From the human T2T-CHM13v2.0 reference genome, Homo sapiens, in NCBI RefSeq assembly GCF_009914755.1, contig NC_060941.1: DNA of 64,000 bases. The stretch is one strand, 5' to 3'. The position numbers and the translations under genes were made by a program. Under the pieces are notes generated by a model, which ran no database searches, was not told where the DNA came from, and saw only the letters and a list, made by a program, of their open reading frames with translations. Shown piece by piece: positions 32,610 through 47,363 of this stretch. The stretch's first letter is position 1; each line of letters begins with the position of its first letter.

Positions 32610-33200
32610 CTCATTAACTTATTTCATATATTCTTTAATTTGTTCAAGAAACATTGCTGAGTGTGACTATTGTTCAGCTATTATCGTTCAGCACTAGGGA
32701 AACCATGGCAAATTCCTGTCATTTTGATGCAAGTATTAAATACAATGTGCTATCAGAGCATAAGAGAGGACATAAACTAGTCTTGTAGGTTAGGGTCACT
32801 TGATCCAAATGAAGTGTAGGGGTTATTTAAATCCATAGAGGTAAGAATAAAGGAAAAGGTATGTGTAAAGTCTTTGAGGCACAGAAGAGCCTGATACTCT
32901 GGAAGAAATGAAGGCAGGTGGAGCTAGAGTTTAGAAAGTGAAAAGGAAAGTAGCCTCAGAATCTCATTAGAGAGAGAGGAAGAGGCCAGGTCAACAGGGT
33001 AGAGTAGACTCCTGTAGCAATTAGGGGTTGCATCTTGACAACATTGAGAAGCAACCCAAGGTTTTAAGTAGAAACAAGAGAGAGCAAGGAAGTGATTTAG
33101 AGACATTTGGGAGGGAGAATCTTTGATGCTTGGCCATTGTTTGAGGTGGCTGAATGGTGGTGCCATTTTCTGAGATAATGAACCCTGGGTTGGGGGTAGA
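32610..33200 (-). mobile_element. L2 fragment
   Basis: ttcaagaaacattgctgagtg...gtgtaaagtctttgaggcacag..atggtggtgccattttctgagat. Confidence 0.6.
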
Positions 33201-33547
33201 GTGGGAGGGTGGCCTGAAGCAGGAACAGGTCCCCAGGTAAATGTCAGTACCACTGTGGTTGAGAGAGAACATTCCCTTGGCTCTGACCACCCAGGTTCAA
33301 ACCCATCTCAACCCCTTTGCATCAATATATTCAACATTCAAATGGTTTGGGGGTTCCTCATTTGTACAATGGAAATGATAATAACAGGACCTGCCTTGTG
33401 ATGATTCTCTGAAATTACACCTCTAATGTTGGACAGAATGTCTACTAATGTGACTGTCATCTTGTAGGTGTTCCTTGGGAGTATGGTCCATTGTGTTTAG
33501 ACATATTTATTCCAAAATGTCTGCAAACTTCCTGGAGGGGACAATTA

Positions 33548-33855
<308 letters not shown>

Positions 33856-33859
33856 AAAA

Positions 33860-33947
<88 letters not shown>

Positions 33948-33991
33948 AGGAAGGAAGGAAGGAAGGAAGGAAGGAAGGAAGGAAGGAAGGA

Positions 33992-34031
<40 letters not shown>

Positions 34032-34033
34032 GA
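33856..34033. repeat. (GAAA)n(GAAG)n(GAAA)n compound microsatellite
   Basis: ~180 bp of uninterrupted purines. Confidence 0.97.
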
Positions 34034-34284
34034 AAAAGGCATTTGGCTATTAAGGCCTGGATCTCTGGAAAGAGACTTGGGCTCGAAGTATGCATCTGGA
34101 AATCAGAATATACATGGTATTCAAAGTATTTTAAACAATGAGAAAGGGTAGATTACTAAATAAATGGTTTGTGGTATAACTGACTAGTCATTAGGGATAG
34201 AAAACAAAGTAAGATTCTTCCCATAACCTGAACATGTAAATTTAAAAGGATTGAATGTTTTAACATTAAAACAAATGGAAGTGT

Positions 34285-34493
34285 GACCAGCCTGGCCAAG
34301 ATGGTGAAACCCCGTCTCTACTAAAAATACAAAAATTAGCTGGGCGTGGTGGCAGGTGCCTGTAATCTCGGCTAGAGAAGCTGAGGCAGGAGAATTGCTT
34401 GAACCCGGAGGTGGAGGTTGCAGTGAGCAGAGATTGCACCACTGCACTCCAGCCTGAGTGACAGAGTGAGACCCCGTCCCAAAAAAGAAAACA
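34285..34493 (+). mobile_element. 5'-truncated AluS
   Basis: Begins at gaccagcctggcc; perfect 17-bp TSD aaaacaaatggaagtgt 34268-34284 / 34494-34510. Confidence 0.93.
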
Positions 34494-35390
34494 AAAACAA
34501 ATGGAAGTGTTAAAATATTACTTTAGGATAAGAAAATTATTTGTAAAACAGAAACAAAAAGCAAAAGCCATGAAATAAAGTACAGATATATTTGAATGCA
34601 TTGAAATTTTAAACATTTACATCAAAAATATGTACATTTTAAAGGGACAACATAAAAAGTAAGAAATAATCTCATTGAAAAGTAGATAAAGCTTATGATC
34701 AGGTAAATAACAAAAGAAAAACTAGAAACTATGTCAGCATCACATAATAGTTGCCTGTCAAACTGGCAAAAAAATTTTTTAATTAAAATCTATTAAGTGT
34801 TAGTAAAGATGGAAGAAAATATGTGCTCTAAAGCAATAATTTTATAATTCTTTGCTCATTTACCAATAAAACAACTTTCTGAAATTATAAATGCTTTCAA
34901 ATTGTAAATGCTTTCATATTTCAATTTTTTTTTGTAACTTTAAAGTGCTGCAATATTTTAAGTATTGGCATTTAAAAATACAAATATTTCTCTTTCACTT
35001 TTTTAGTGTTATGTAAATCTAATTATTATTTGATATCCATCCTCATGCATGAAAGCCTCTTCTTTAGGATATGGAAAGTTAGTTTTGTTTTCTCTTTCAG
35101 TCTATATTTTATCCCTCTTTCTATATTTTTATCCTAATATATTTTATGCTTCTACCATTGTATTGGTTGTCTTTGGAAGCTTGTCTACAACAACCAAAAA
35201 AAATGTATCTAATTTGAAATTTTAAATAGAAATTTGAACGTTTTATTTCCTGTGACCATAAATCTTTTTTGGACTAAGTTATGTTTACAGTTATTAGTAG
35301 TCTGTAATTGAGCAGAACTACATGCAAGATTAACTATTTTATAGATAATTACTAAACATAAGAAGTAAAATTGTAATGGATATTTATCTC

Positions 35391-35601
35391 TGTGGTGGGC
35401 AGGGTAATAACCTCCCAGAAATATCCTCACCCAAATATCTGAAGCTGGTGAATGTGTTTCATTACATGGAAAAAGAAACACAGCAAATAGAATTAATCTT
35501 ATGGACCTTAAAATAGAAAGAATATCCTGCATTATTTAGGTAGGCCCAAACTAATCATATAAATCCTTACAAGTAGAAAGGGAAGGCAGAAGAATTGGTC
35601 A
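35391..35601 (+). mobile_element. MLT1D-like LTR, 5' half
   Basis: tgtggtgggcag..gtgaatgtgtttcattacatggaaaaag..ggaccttaaaatag..tatcctgcattat. Confidence 0.75.
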
Positions 35602-35752
35602 AACAACAGAAATTTGTTTTCTCACAGTTCTGGAGGTTAGAAGTCCAAGATCAAGGTTCTGGTTAATTTGGTTTCTGGTGAGGGCTCTCTTCCCAGTTTG
35701 CAGATGGCCTCCTTCTTGCTATCTTCACAATAACCTTTCTCATTTCTCTTTC

Positions 35753-35783
<31 letters not shown>

Positions 35784-35944
35784 TCTGCTGTCTCTTCTCA
35801 TAAGAACACCAAAGGGCTCACCACTGTGACCTCATTTAACCTTAATTACTTCCTTGGCGGCCCTATCTCCAAATATCGCCACACTGGGACTTAGGGTTTC
35901 AACATGTGAATTTAGCGGGGAACAGAAATGTTCAGTGTATAATA
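35602..35944 (-). mobile_element. MLT1B-like 3' LTR
   Basis: acaacagaaatttgttttctcacagttctggagg..gacctcatttaaccttaattac..ccctatctccaaata. Confidence 0.8.
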
Positions 35945-36080
35945 TTCTGCCCCGGGCCCTCAAAATCCATGACTTTCTCACATACAAAATATGTTTATTC
36001 TATCCCAACAGCCCGCAAAGTTTTAACTCATTCCTGCATTAAGTCTAAAGTGTAAAGACCAAAGTCTCATCTAAATATCT

Positions 36081-36535
<455 letters not shown>

Positions 36536-37352
36536 TTAGAAGAAAGAAAGGGGTGATGGGACTCAAGAAAGTTCAAAACCTGACAAGGCAAATTCCATTA
36601 GATCTTGAGGCTTGAGAATAATCCTCTTTGGTTCTATGCTCTGCCCTCCGGTACCACTGGAGTGGCAGTGTCACCCCACTGGCTCCATAGAACAGCCACC
36701 CCCTTTGGCTCTGCAAGGAGGCCTCAACCCCACACCTGGCCCACTGAAGCCAAGGAGGAATCAGACTTACCCCTAGGCCTGTAGGAGCAGTGGAAGTCCT
36801 ATGGTCTCTGAATTGCCTTAAAGGTCATTCTTCCCTTTTTTTGAAGGACAATGCATGTTTAAAGCCAGATAGCTCTACGGACTTGTCCTGTAGCATCCCA
36901 GAAGTCCAACTGCCTCCCTTTGTTCTGTTTCACTTTCTCTGTCCTTTTTAGTTCCAACTGGAGTTTCTCTGCTGTTATGATTGCATCTCTTTCTGGCTTC
37001 GGCTGCAATGGCTGCTTAGACCTGTGGGTCACAGCCATGCTAATATCCTTATCAAATGGTTGTTTAGCCACACCCTTAGTGTTTTCTTCAGAACATGCTC
37101 CGTCATTTTCTGCAACATAGGCTGAAAGTCTTCCAAAATTTCAAGTACTGGCTCCTTTTTGCCTAACAGTCCTTTCAATATATCTCCCCCCTCTCACATT
37201 TTCCTCTAAGCAGTAAGGAGAAACAAAGCCAATCCAATACTTTGCTTAGGAATCTCCTCAGCTCAATACCCAATTCTATCACTTGCAAGTTTTACCTTCC
37301 GCAAAACATGACAATACGATTCAGCCAAGTCTGTTGACATCTATAACCACTT

Positions 37353-37513
37353 TATGGTACAGGTGGAATAGCTGGCTGCTCTCTTTACTAATTTTATCCA
37401 ATTCACACAGGAGTCCCCTAATTCTCCCACTGAATTCTGAATTCAATTTTAGAATGTCTGATGTAAAGGGAACACAGTTGTGTGGGTTGTTAATATTTCT
37501 CTACCTGTGGGAG
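37353..37513 (+). repeat. Direct copy of 37876-38042
   Basis: caggtggaatagc...ttctgaattcaattttag.atgtctgatgtaaa...tctacctgtg.gag in both, ~80-85% identity. Confidence 0.92.
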
Positions 37514-38289
37514 AAACTTATCACAAGGAAAACTGCCTTTCCTCCAGCTTCCAAAAATGCATTCTTCATTTCCATCTGAGATCTCCCCAGAATGGCCTTT
37601 ACCATCCATGTTTCTACCAGCATCCCATGCATGGTGAGAGATGTATTGTCTAAGATGACAGAGCCTTCCTCCATATCTCCTTTTTTCTTCCTGAATGTTC
37701 ACCAGAATCACCTTAAATGGTTTTAGTCAAGCTATGTTGCCACCCAATGAAATGCTACATAGAAGGCATTATCTCAAGATCAAGAGCAGCTTAAATTGTA
37801 AACAGATAAATAAAGTAACCAAGGACTTCTTCATGGCTGACTTTTTCACTGGCCTGGACAAAAGTCCTTACAGAGTATTGGTTCAGGTGGAATAGCCGTC
37901 TGCTCTCTTGCTTCTCTAATTTTATTAAATTCATGCAGGAGCCTCCTAATTCTCCCTCTGAGTTCTGAATTCAATTTTAGCATGTCTGATGTAAAAGGTA
38001 ACACATCTGTGTGTGTTGCTAATGTATTTCTACCTGTGAGAGCAGAGATGACAACTCTGATGGAAGCATCTTCATTTTTTTAAAAAAGGTGCAAAGAAGT
38101 AAGTTTTTCTTTTCTTTTCTTTTCTTTTTTTGATAATGAGAAGACAGAACCTTCTGAGGCACAGAACACACTGGAGAAAAGGCCATGTGGATGAGCCATG
38201 CAGAGAGGCTAAGCTCCCAGGGCAGGGAAGGGAGGATGATGTTCAGAGTCCGTAAGACTAATTCAGGGGGAACACAGGGTTGCCAGGAC

Positions 38290-38445
38290 ACCTGGAGTCC
38301 AGCCCTGCTTCCCCGCTAGTTAACTGTGTGACTTAAGCAAGTCACTTAACCTCCCGTTTTTATTCCTTCTTCTATTAAAGAAAACCAAGGATTAGATTAG
38401 ATGGCTTTTAAAGATTTTGTTTCTAGTTCTAAAATTCTACAGTTC
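38290..38445 (+). mobile_element. MIR/MIR3
   Basis: cctggagtccagccctgc..actgtgtgacttaagcaagtcacttaacctc..gttctaaaattcta. Confidence 0.7.
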
Positions 38446-39714
38446 TTACTATGTTCAGACATTCTTTCGCAGCTCTACTAGAAGCTCCACCTTCTTTTAA
38501 TAAATTCTATTTACTTGCAGGTGGTTGGACTATTAAGAAAAGCAAATTGTTTAAATAATGTCTGACTTTTTGACTGACTTGACTCTCTTAACAGGCCAGA
38601 TATATATGTGTATATATATATAATTTTTTTCTGGGTAGTGAATTTTTAGGTACATCAATCAAGCAGCCAGTATTTATTGCATGGAGCTAATTAACTTTCA
38701 AAATGACATTTTCATTTGTAACATTGGTTGAGATTTGAACTCAGATCTCATCAATGAAAAGCAGCTGCGCTAATAACCCAAGTCCCACCGAGCCCCCTAA
38801 TTCTCCCAGCTTACCCTCACCATAAATGTGTGATTAATCGCAGGTTTATGGGCGTTCTCAGTTACTGTGAAAACAAATCATTACCAGAAACTGGCATTCC
38901 CAATTTATTTTATTTATTTTATTTTTATTTTTATTACTTATACCCTATTCTCCATATTTTCCATATGTTTTGGGTCCTTCTCATCCATTCAGGACCTTGT
39001 GGAAAGCTCAGCTCACCCCCATCTCCTGATAAACAAGAACATTTTGTCGTTTTCTCTTCACTCTTTAATTCTTAAGGTGTGGAAATAATGGTACTTTGCA
39101 GGAAGACGTGAGGGAACAATGCAGTTGACAGCTGGACAGAGTGAAGACAAAGATGTATGTGGTTGTTCCTCACTTCAGGTCAGTAGAGCAAACACAAAAC
39201 TTCATCCACCTACAAGATTCAGGCATGCAAGAGGTTAGGAACTTGGAAGTGGGCAGAGGGATCTGATAGTGGCTTCTCTTTACTAAATTCTCATTCACTT
39301 TCTTACTATTATGGTAAAAAAAATTATATAAGGAAATCTAGAAAAACAATCTAACCTCTTTCCTCTTGTTTTCAAGCCCCCCAAATAGTTAGATTTAATC
39401 AAGTTTGCTTTGAGGGATCTGTAACATACACTAAGACATGTAGCGGGAAGTGCTCTGAAAATCTGATGGAAAGAGACACACCTTACTAAGATGCCAGGAA
39501 CAGACAACACAACCAATGCAGTCAAATATAACCCTAAATATGAAGTCCTGGGGGGCAGACTCTACTCCCAGTCCTTAGTATCCAGTGGCGTCGTCTCTTA
39601 ACTCTGCAACTCTGTACACATCAGCATTTCTGGTTGAGTAGCAGCAGGAATCAACTTATTTGGCAACAGTGACTAAGACTCCCCATTAATATCAGGTCAG
39701 TTGTTTAGTAAGAA

Positions 39715-39721
39715 TGTGTGA

Positions 39722-39770
<49 letters not shown>
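39715..39770. repeat. (GT)n(GA)n microsatellite
   Basis: Direct reading. Confidence 0.95.
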
Positions 39771-40211
39771 GCAGGCTTATGCCTTAGACTCCCAGATCTC
39801 CCAAGTCCTTCAGCTTTGTCAACTGTGACAAAGGTATAAGGCCAACTTTTCCATGATTATCTACATACATTGCCTTGATCCCCTATCTTCAGAAACAGGC
39901 AAGGGACATCGCTCTTAAAATATGTGCTTCCTAAAGGAATGTAAGCTTCTTATAGTCACTTCTTTCTCCAAGCTCCTGAACTTGCAGAACGTTCCCTCTC
40001 ATTTACGTCTCATATGGGTGTTCTCTTGTCCCCGTCCAATATAAACCTAGAACCAATACCCCTTGACTTGACTTTCTCCAAATACCACTATCCGGAGCCA
40101 GCTCTGTATGATCAGTGCATAAAGAAGTTTGAAGTTAAACAAGTTTGCAAATAAACAGTGAAACAAAGTAGTTTCATCACAGGGTATCAGAGTAACCCAC
40201 GGAGCACATCA

Positions 40212-40574
<363 letters not shown>

Positions 40575-40893
40575 TTAGGAAGTTTCTCACTGGCTGTCTC
40601 TTTGCCTTGTGCCTCTGATTTTGACTTCCTTCTTTCTCTCATGGCCAGCCTCCAGCTTCCTCCTCTTCATGGCTGGCCATTCACTCCTTCTGCAAAACAC
40701 TACAGCCCTCCATTCCCTACCTCAAAGGCACCTGGCCCACTTTAGCTGCCCCAACAATCATTCAGGAGGCTCTAGAAAACAAAGGTGGTGTTACTTTCTA
40801 CCATGGTCAAATTCTTAGGCTGGCCCAACTTCCCCAGCAGTCTTTGTAAGCAAAGAGGAATGATATGGAATGTTATCTCCCCAACGTGAATAA

Positions 40894-41241
<348 letters not shown>

Positions 41242-41598
41242 TTGTTTCTAACAGTATATTTTGTTTTCTACTTAACATCTCTCAGAAGCACTCACACTCT
41301 TGTGATCTCTTTCTTGTACACATGCATGCACACACACACACGCTTTAACTCACATATTCTTTTTAAAACCCACACACCGGTAAGCAACAGAAATCGACGC
41401 ACTACTCAGGTCATCCATACTCTTCCAGTGTCTACACCAAGGGGACGGGGAAGGCAGGAAAGAGGAAAGTCAAAAAAAAAAAGCAAGCAACAGGAAATGC
41501 AAAAAAATGGAAGTAGGAGGAGAAAGGAAGGAAGAAATGAAGTAAGTAGTGTGTTAGTGTATTTGATAGCAAAGGATCAAGGAGCCATGGGAAAGTGA

Positions 41599-41892
<294 letters not shown>

Positions 41893-43218
41893 GAGAAAGT
41901 GAGTTCTAAGTCGGTGGGATGACTGCCCTGTTAGCTGTTTCTCCCTGTTACCCATCTGGACCCTAGCATCATCCCTAGTATGGGGCCAATGTGTTGACAT
42001 AAAGCCACATGCACAGGGAACATATGCTTGCAGAGACATCACATGGACACACATATGGGGCTCCCCCTCTTCCCCTGCAAAGGAAGACAGCCAGAGGGGA
42101 GCAAGATTCCTGGGATGCAGAAACAAAATACACGCAGCACCAATAACTGACCTTTTTTTTCTTTTTTTATAAATTGTTTGGCCTATGTTAAAAGGTTATA
42201 AGGCATTCAGCTGATTCTCTGTGTGTTAATAAAGAATAGCTTTATTTTTATGTTTTCCATGTTGTTCAGGCACAACATAGGCCAGAAGTTGGGACTGCAC
42301 AAAAGAAATTCAAAACATCCAGATCAGGGTCTGTGCGTACAGGCGAGGAATGGGAAGCTACATCTACAGGAGGTCTCTTCTTGTACTATTTCCAGCGTTC
42401 TAATTCACCCTTTTGAGGTTTAGTAAAGTAACCACAGTAGCCAAAACTGAGGGTGTTAACACAAACTAAACCTCAGATCCCTTAAAAGCTTCCTCCTGGT
42501 GACTCCAGAGCTCCCGCATAAGCCCTCCACCCTGAGCCACCACCACCCGCATTGAGATGAGGGCTTTGGAGAGGATCATGCCACAGACACATCTTCCTAT
42601 GTGTGTGACACAGCCTCTGCCAACTTGCAGTGAGACCTTGGAGGCCAAATATAACCAGTTACAGGAGTCCCCATCCTGTGTCTACGGCATCTGTGTGTGG
42701 AGGAGGGGAGGTTTTTCCCTGGATGCTGTTACAGCTGGGGTTAGAGATCACTGGGCTCCCCAGGAAACCTGGAAAGCATCTTACTCAAGCTGGCATTTGC
42801 TCCTGGTGATCCTTCCCTCCCACCAAAATCTACAACTGTATCTCTCAGGCTTTTGGGCCACTCATTATTCTCACAGTAAAATTTCTTTAATCTACTGGAT
42901 ACCACAGCCTCCAAAAAAACTCGGACAATAGGGAAAATGAGAGAGTAGACACAAAAAACAAAATTGATAAATCACTTGAAAACTGTCCCCAAATTACCGG
43001 GGAACATTTTTTCTTTCAAGTTCATCCTTCTGAAGTATGAATTGCATCAATTTCTTCTCCAATTTCATGACACTTTCACCTGGATTCTTAAGAAATCTTT
43101 GCCATGTTCTAGTTTCCTCTAATATCCCTGTCTTCCATATTATCAAGTTATCATTCTGCAAACAAACATCTAATTATATTCATATATTTTGTCTTTAGTG
43201 GTTCCCTATTCTCTATAC

Positions 43219-43473
43219 CAGGGGTCCCCAATCCCCCAGGGCCGCACAGCAGGAGGTGACGGCAGGCAAGTGAGCATTACTGCCTAAGCTCCTCCTCCTC
43301 CTGTTAGATCAGTGGCCATCGGCATTAGATTCTCATAGGAGCACGAACCCTATTGTGAACCATGCATGGGAAGGATCTAAGTTGTGCGCTCCTTATGAGA
43401 TCTAATGCCTAGTGGTGGAAAAATTATCATCCACGAAACCAGTTCTTGGTGCCAAAAAGGTCGGGGAGCCCTG
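43219..43473 (+). mobile_element. MER1B (hAT-Charlie DNA transposon) inserted in an L2 relic
   Basis: TIRs caggggtcccc / ggggagccctg; ggcattagattctcatagg core; 8-bp near-TSD ctctatac / ctctgtag. Confidence 0.9.
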
Positions 43474-44243
43474 CTCTGTAGTATGAAAGATGAAATTTTA
43501 AACACACGCTTTTCACAGACATTAGAATATTCACATGTTCCCACCGAGGCTATGGACATCCATGTCACTATTCCATTACACGGTCTATATGACTCTCCTT
43601 CCGGACGTTCTTCCATTTCTGGTATTGACAAAGTGTTACTTCTTCAAAGGCCAACCTGTTTGACCATTTGCTCTGTAAAGTCTTCCGTAAGCCTTCAAAT
43701 AGAGATACTTCTTCCTCTCCTCTTTTCCTTGATGTTTGCCTATATGTATCCTATTGTAAACTCTTGTTATCTTAGCTATTAGTTTGGCTCCTGTAATATA
43801 AAGTAAGCTCAAGGTGAGCATAAACCGCATTTTTAGGTCCCAGTGTAAGACAAGGCATATAAAAGATATTCAATAAATATGATACATATCAGAGGAAAAT
43901 GAACGAATTCATAAACAAATGCCTCATTCAGTGGCCCTAAAGAAAAACACACTTGGTTTGGAAAGTGTTAAAGAGTGGTTAATCCATATGTAATTCTGTG
44001 CATTTACATACATATGTAAAATAGTACAGTTCATGTAAAAACGAATGTACAGATACACATCAAATTCATTACTTTATATATTCTGTGGGCACATGCATGC
44101 AACTTGAATGTTTCAGTTTAAAAAAAAAAAAAAGTGCCCCAAAGGTCTTTCAGAGTCAGGTCTTTCTGTGTTGTTTTGGTTTTCCTTTTTGATTTTCTAA
44201 TCACTACTAGGGATTCAATGATAAGATATACCCCATTTTTTAG

Positions 44244-44672
<429 letters not shown>

Positions 44673-47188
44673 ATATGCGTGTTTTTCTTAATGGCAACAC
44701 CTGAGAAAAAGAGCTGCTAGTTCATAGGAAATGTCCATTTTAAATGTTAATAACTTCTACAAATTTACCCTACAAATTGGTTTACAAATGTAGCTACTTC
44801 AATCTTTCTACTCTTTCATACTCCCATTTTATGCTTCAATAAATTCTAATAGATAGCTTCTAAAAGTGTAGTTCCAGATTTTTTTCAATGAATGCTTATT
44901 AAACTTAACATCAAATTTTCCTAGTTTCATTGCTAACCTTTAGTTCTTCTATCTCATTAGTTTCTCTTGGATTCATCTTTCTTGTTGTTATATAACTTCT
45001 TATAATACCTTCAGAGTGTTTGCAGGAGTTTGTCTTATTACTCATATGTAGAAAGCTATCTTCCTTTCAAGCTCATGCTCGAATAATATCACTAGGTAGA
45101 GAATTATGGGCTAAAATAAATTTTCCTGTAGCATTTTAAAATTTAAATTTCTTCCAGCATTTAAAGTGCTTACTGTATTCTTCTGTCTAACATTGATGAG
45201 AACTCATATGTCAATATGATTTCTCTTCTATTATAGGTAATCTTTATTTTTTTCTTATCTGATAGCTTTTGGGATTTTTCTCTTGATTCTTTCTGTTCTA
45301 AAATTTTACTGCAATATGTCTAGATGAAATAGTAAAGATTGGTAAATAATTAAGAAACTTTCAAATATTTGGATGTTTTATATTAGATGAGTGTATGAAT
45401 AACTAAATACATACTTACTAGCTATTATTTACTAATAGGTACAATATAAAAGGGCATAGAATAACAGCAGAATGGAGCTCTGATTTTAGCTTGGCACTAA
45501 TAGGCTGTGACAACTATCTGGATTTGTAACCGCTCTAGGTATCACTGTCTTTGTGGGTGAAATGAGAGGGTTATAGGAAGTACCTCCAAGATGATTTTCA
45601 GTCATAAAATGTTGTGCTAGGGACTCTGAGTTTTTAGAAACTCTAAAGGTTTTTATGTGGTCATTTCTTTTTTCTCAAGACAATATGGAACCTAAACAAT
45701 ATCAGTGATGTTGCTGTTTGTTAGAGCTATTTCTTTGAAATGATTTCTAGAAATCAAACATCTCTTAACTCTCTTCTCTTGTGTCTCTTTCGCCAGCAGC
45801 TAAATGTATGATTTTTCTTAAGTACAATAGATAAAATCAGGAGAATACAGGAGTATAAAAATGTCGTTAAATGTTTCTTTTAATCTTAGAGCTGAAGTAA
45901 AAGGGAGTGTGTATAGGTGAGTGAATTAAAGGATTCCATATGAGATACTTTATATATTCAAACTTTTGCCAAAAGGATACTTAAAACATTCACAAAGGGA
46001 ATTCTAAGAAGCCAAAAGATTTCTCCCTCCAAAAAGACACAGGACCCCATTGAATTAAAGCTTCCGACCTCTGAGTACCAGGCTGCCCCTGATTAAAAAC
46101 AAATGGAACACGTGCTATGCAGCATAAGTTTACCTGATTTATGACTTGGAAAATTAAGTTACTATTACTTATGGGGCTTGGAAGCAAAGGCCCAATGCAA
46201 TAGCTAATTGAGAGTAGAGAAGGGGTATATGCTGAAATTGGGAAAATATATTTTAGGGAATGGCTGAGTGAAGACATCAGGGTATGTAATTAAATGGCTT
46301 TTTAAAAAAAAGTCACACTCCCAACAACCTCTTATATCAAACAATTGGAATGTGTTAGTTTTATTAACTGGTCTTCTGCCATTAGCTCCATCAAGCTGGG
46401 TATTATAGAGTTCACTTTCTTCATTGCCTATAGTAAACATATTAAAACTTGCATTACCAGGTGTCTCGTAATAATGGAGTATTCGTTTAGGAGAAAAATT
46501 TGCGGTAGTTCTCCAATAATTAAAGGCAATTTGAAATACAAGCAATTTCTGAGTCTTGGTAAACTACCCAAATGACTAGGTAGTTCCTAGGTTCTTCATA
46601 GTCATAACAGTATGTTTTGATGAGTTTTCTGATTCATCAAATGAATCACCATTTAATCTTAAGAAGAAATGTTATTTTCTTAGGAGTTAGGGATCAGGAA
46701 GTTCTGGTTATGAAAGGTCAAATGCGGGAAGACAGGAGAAGGAATAAGACTATGCACAGGGCCCTTGCTACCAACTCTCATTCCAGTGTAAGTCTACTTT
46801 CCAAGCCACTCAGAAAGTTGCATGGTAGGGAACTAAAAATCTCATTATTTCTTACAGTTGGGCTGTGACTATTTGAGTGATAAAATTGATGACATATGGA
46901 GGGAGTTTTTGTTTTTATTAGACGATCAATTATTCTAGACACATGGCTGTAATTTGTTCTAATAACTACTGAATGTTTTTGAAATTGAAGGGTGATGCTG
47001 TCTAATCATAATAAAAACTGATTTTGCTATCATTGAACTTAGTTACTGAGGAAATATGAATATATACTTATTTAATTACAGTGAAAGAAAATTTTGGCAA
47101 TTGAGAGTTATTTTACTAATTAAGACACTAAAAGAATATTTCTCTAACCTAAATCTCTCTTTTAAAATTCATACACTTTATTCTATAG

Positions 47189-47363
47189 TCATGGTTCTTG
47201 TCTAGGGATGATTTTGCCCTCCAGGAGACATTCAACAATGTCGGGAGACATTTTTGGTAGAGGCCAGGAACGCTGCTAGCGATCTTACAGTACACAAGAC
47301 AGCCCCTAAGATAAAAACATTTGTCAACCCAAAATATTGGCAGTACCAAAGCTGAGAAACTCC
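47189..47363 (+). mobile_element. MER20 (hAT-Charlie)
   Basis: gatgattttgccctccaggagacatt..ggagacatttttgg..gtagaggccagg..gctgagaaact. Confidence 0.85.

Noticed and set aside
46204-46575. Overlapping 113-aa and 76-aa ORFs in non-repeat sequence
   Set aside because: Non-ATG starts, no recognisable domain and no convincing splice sites; length is within chance
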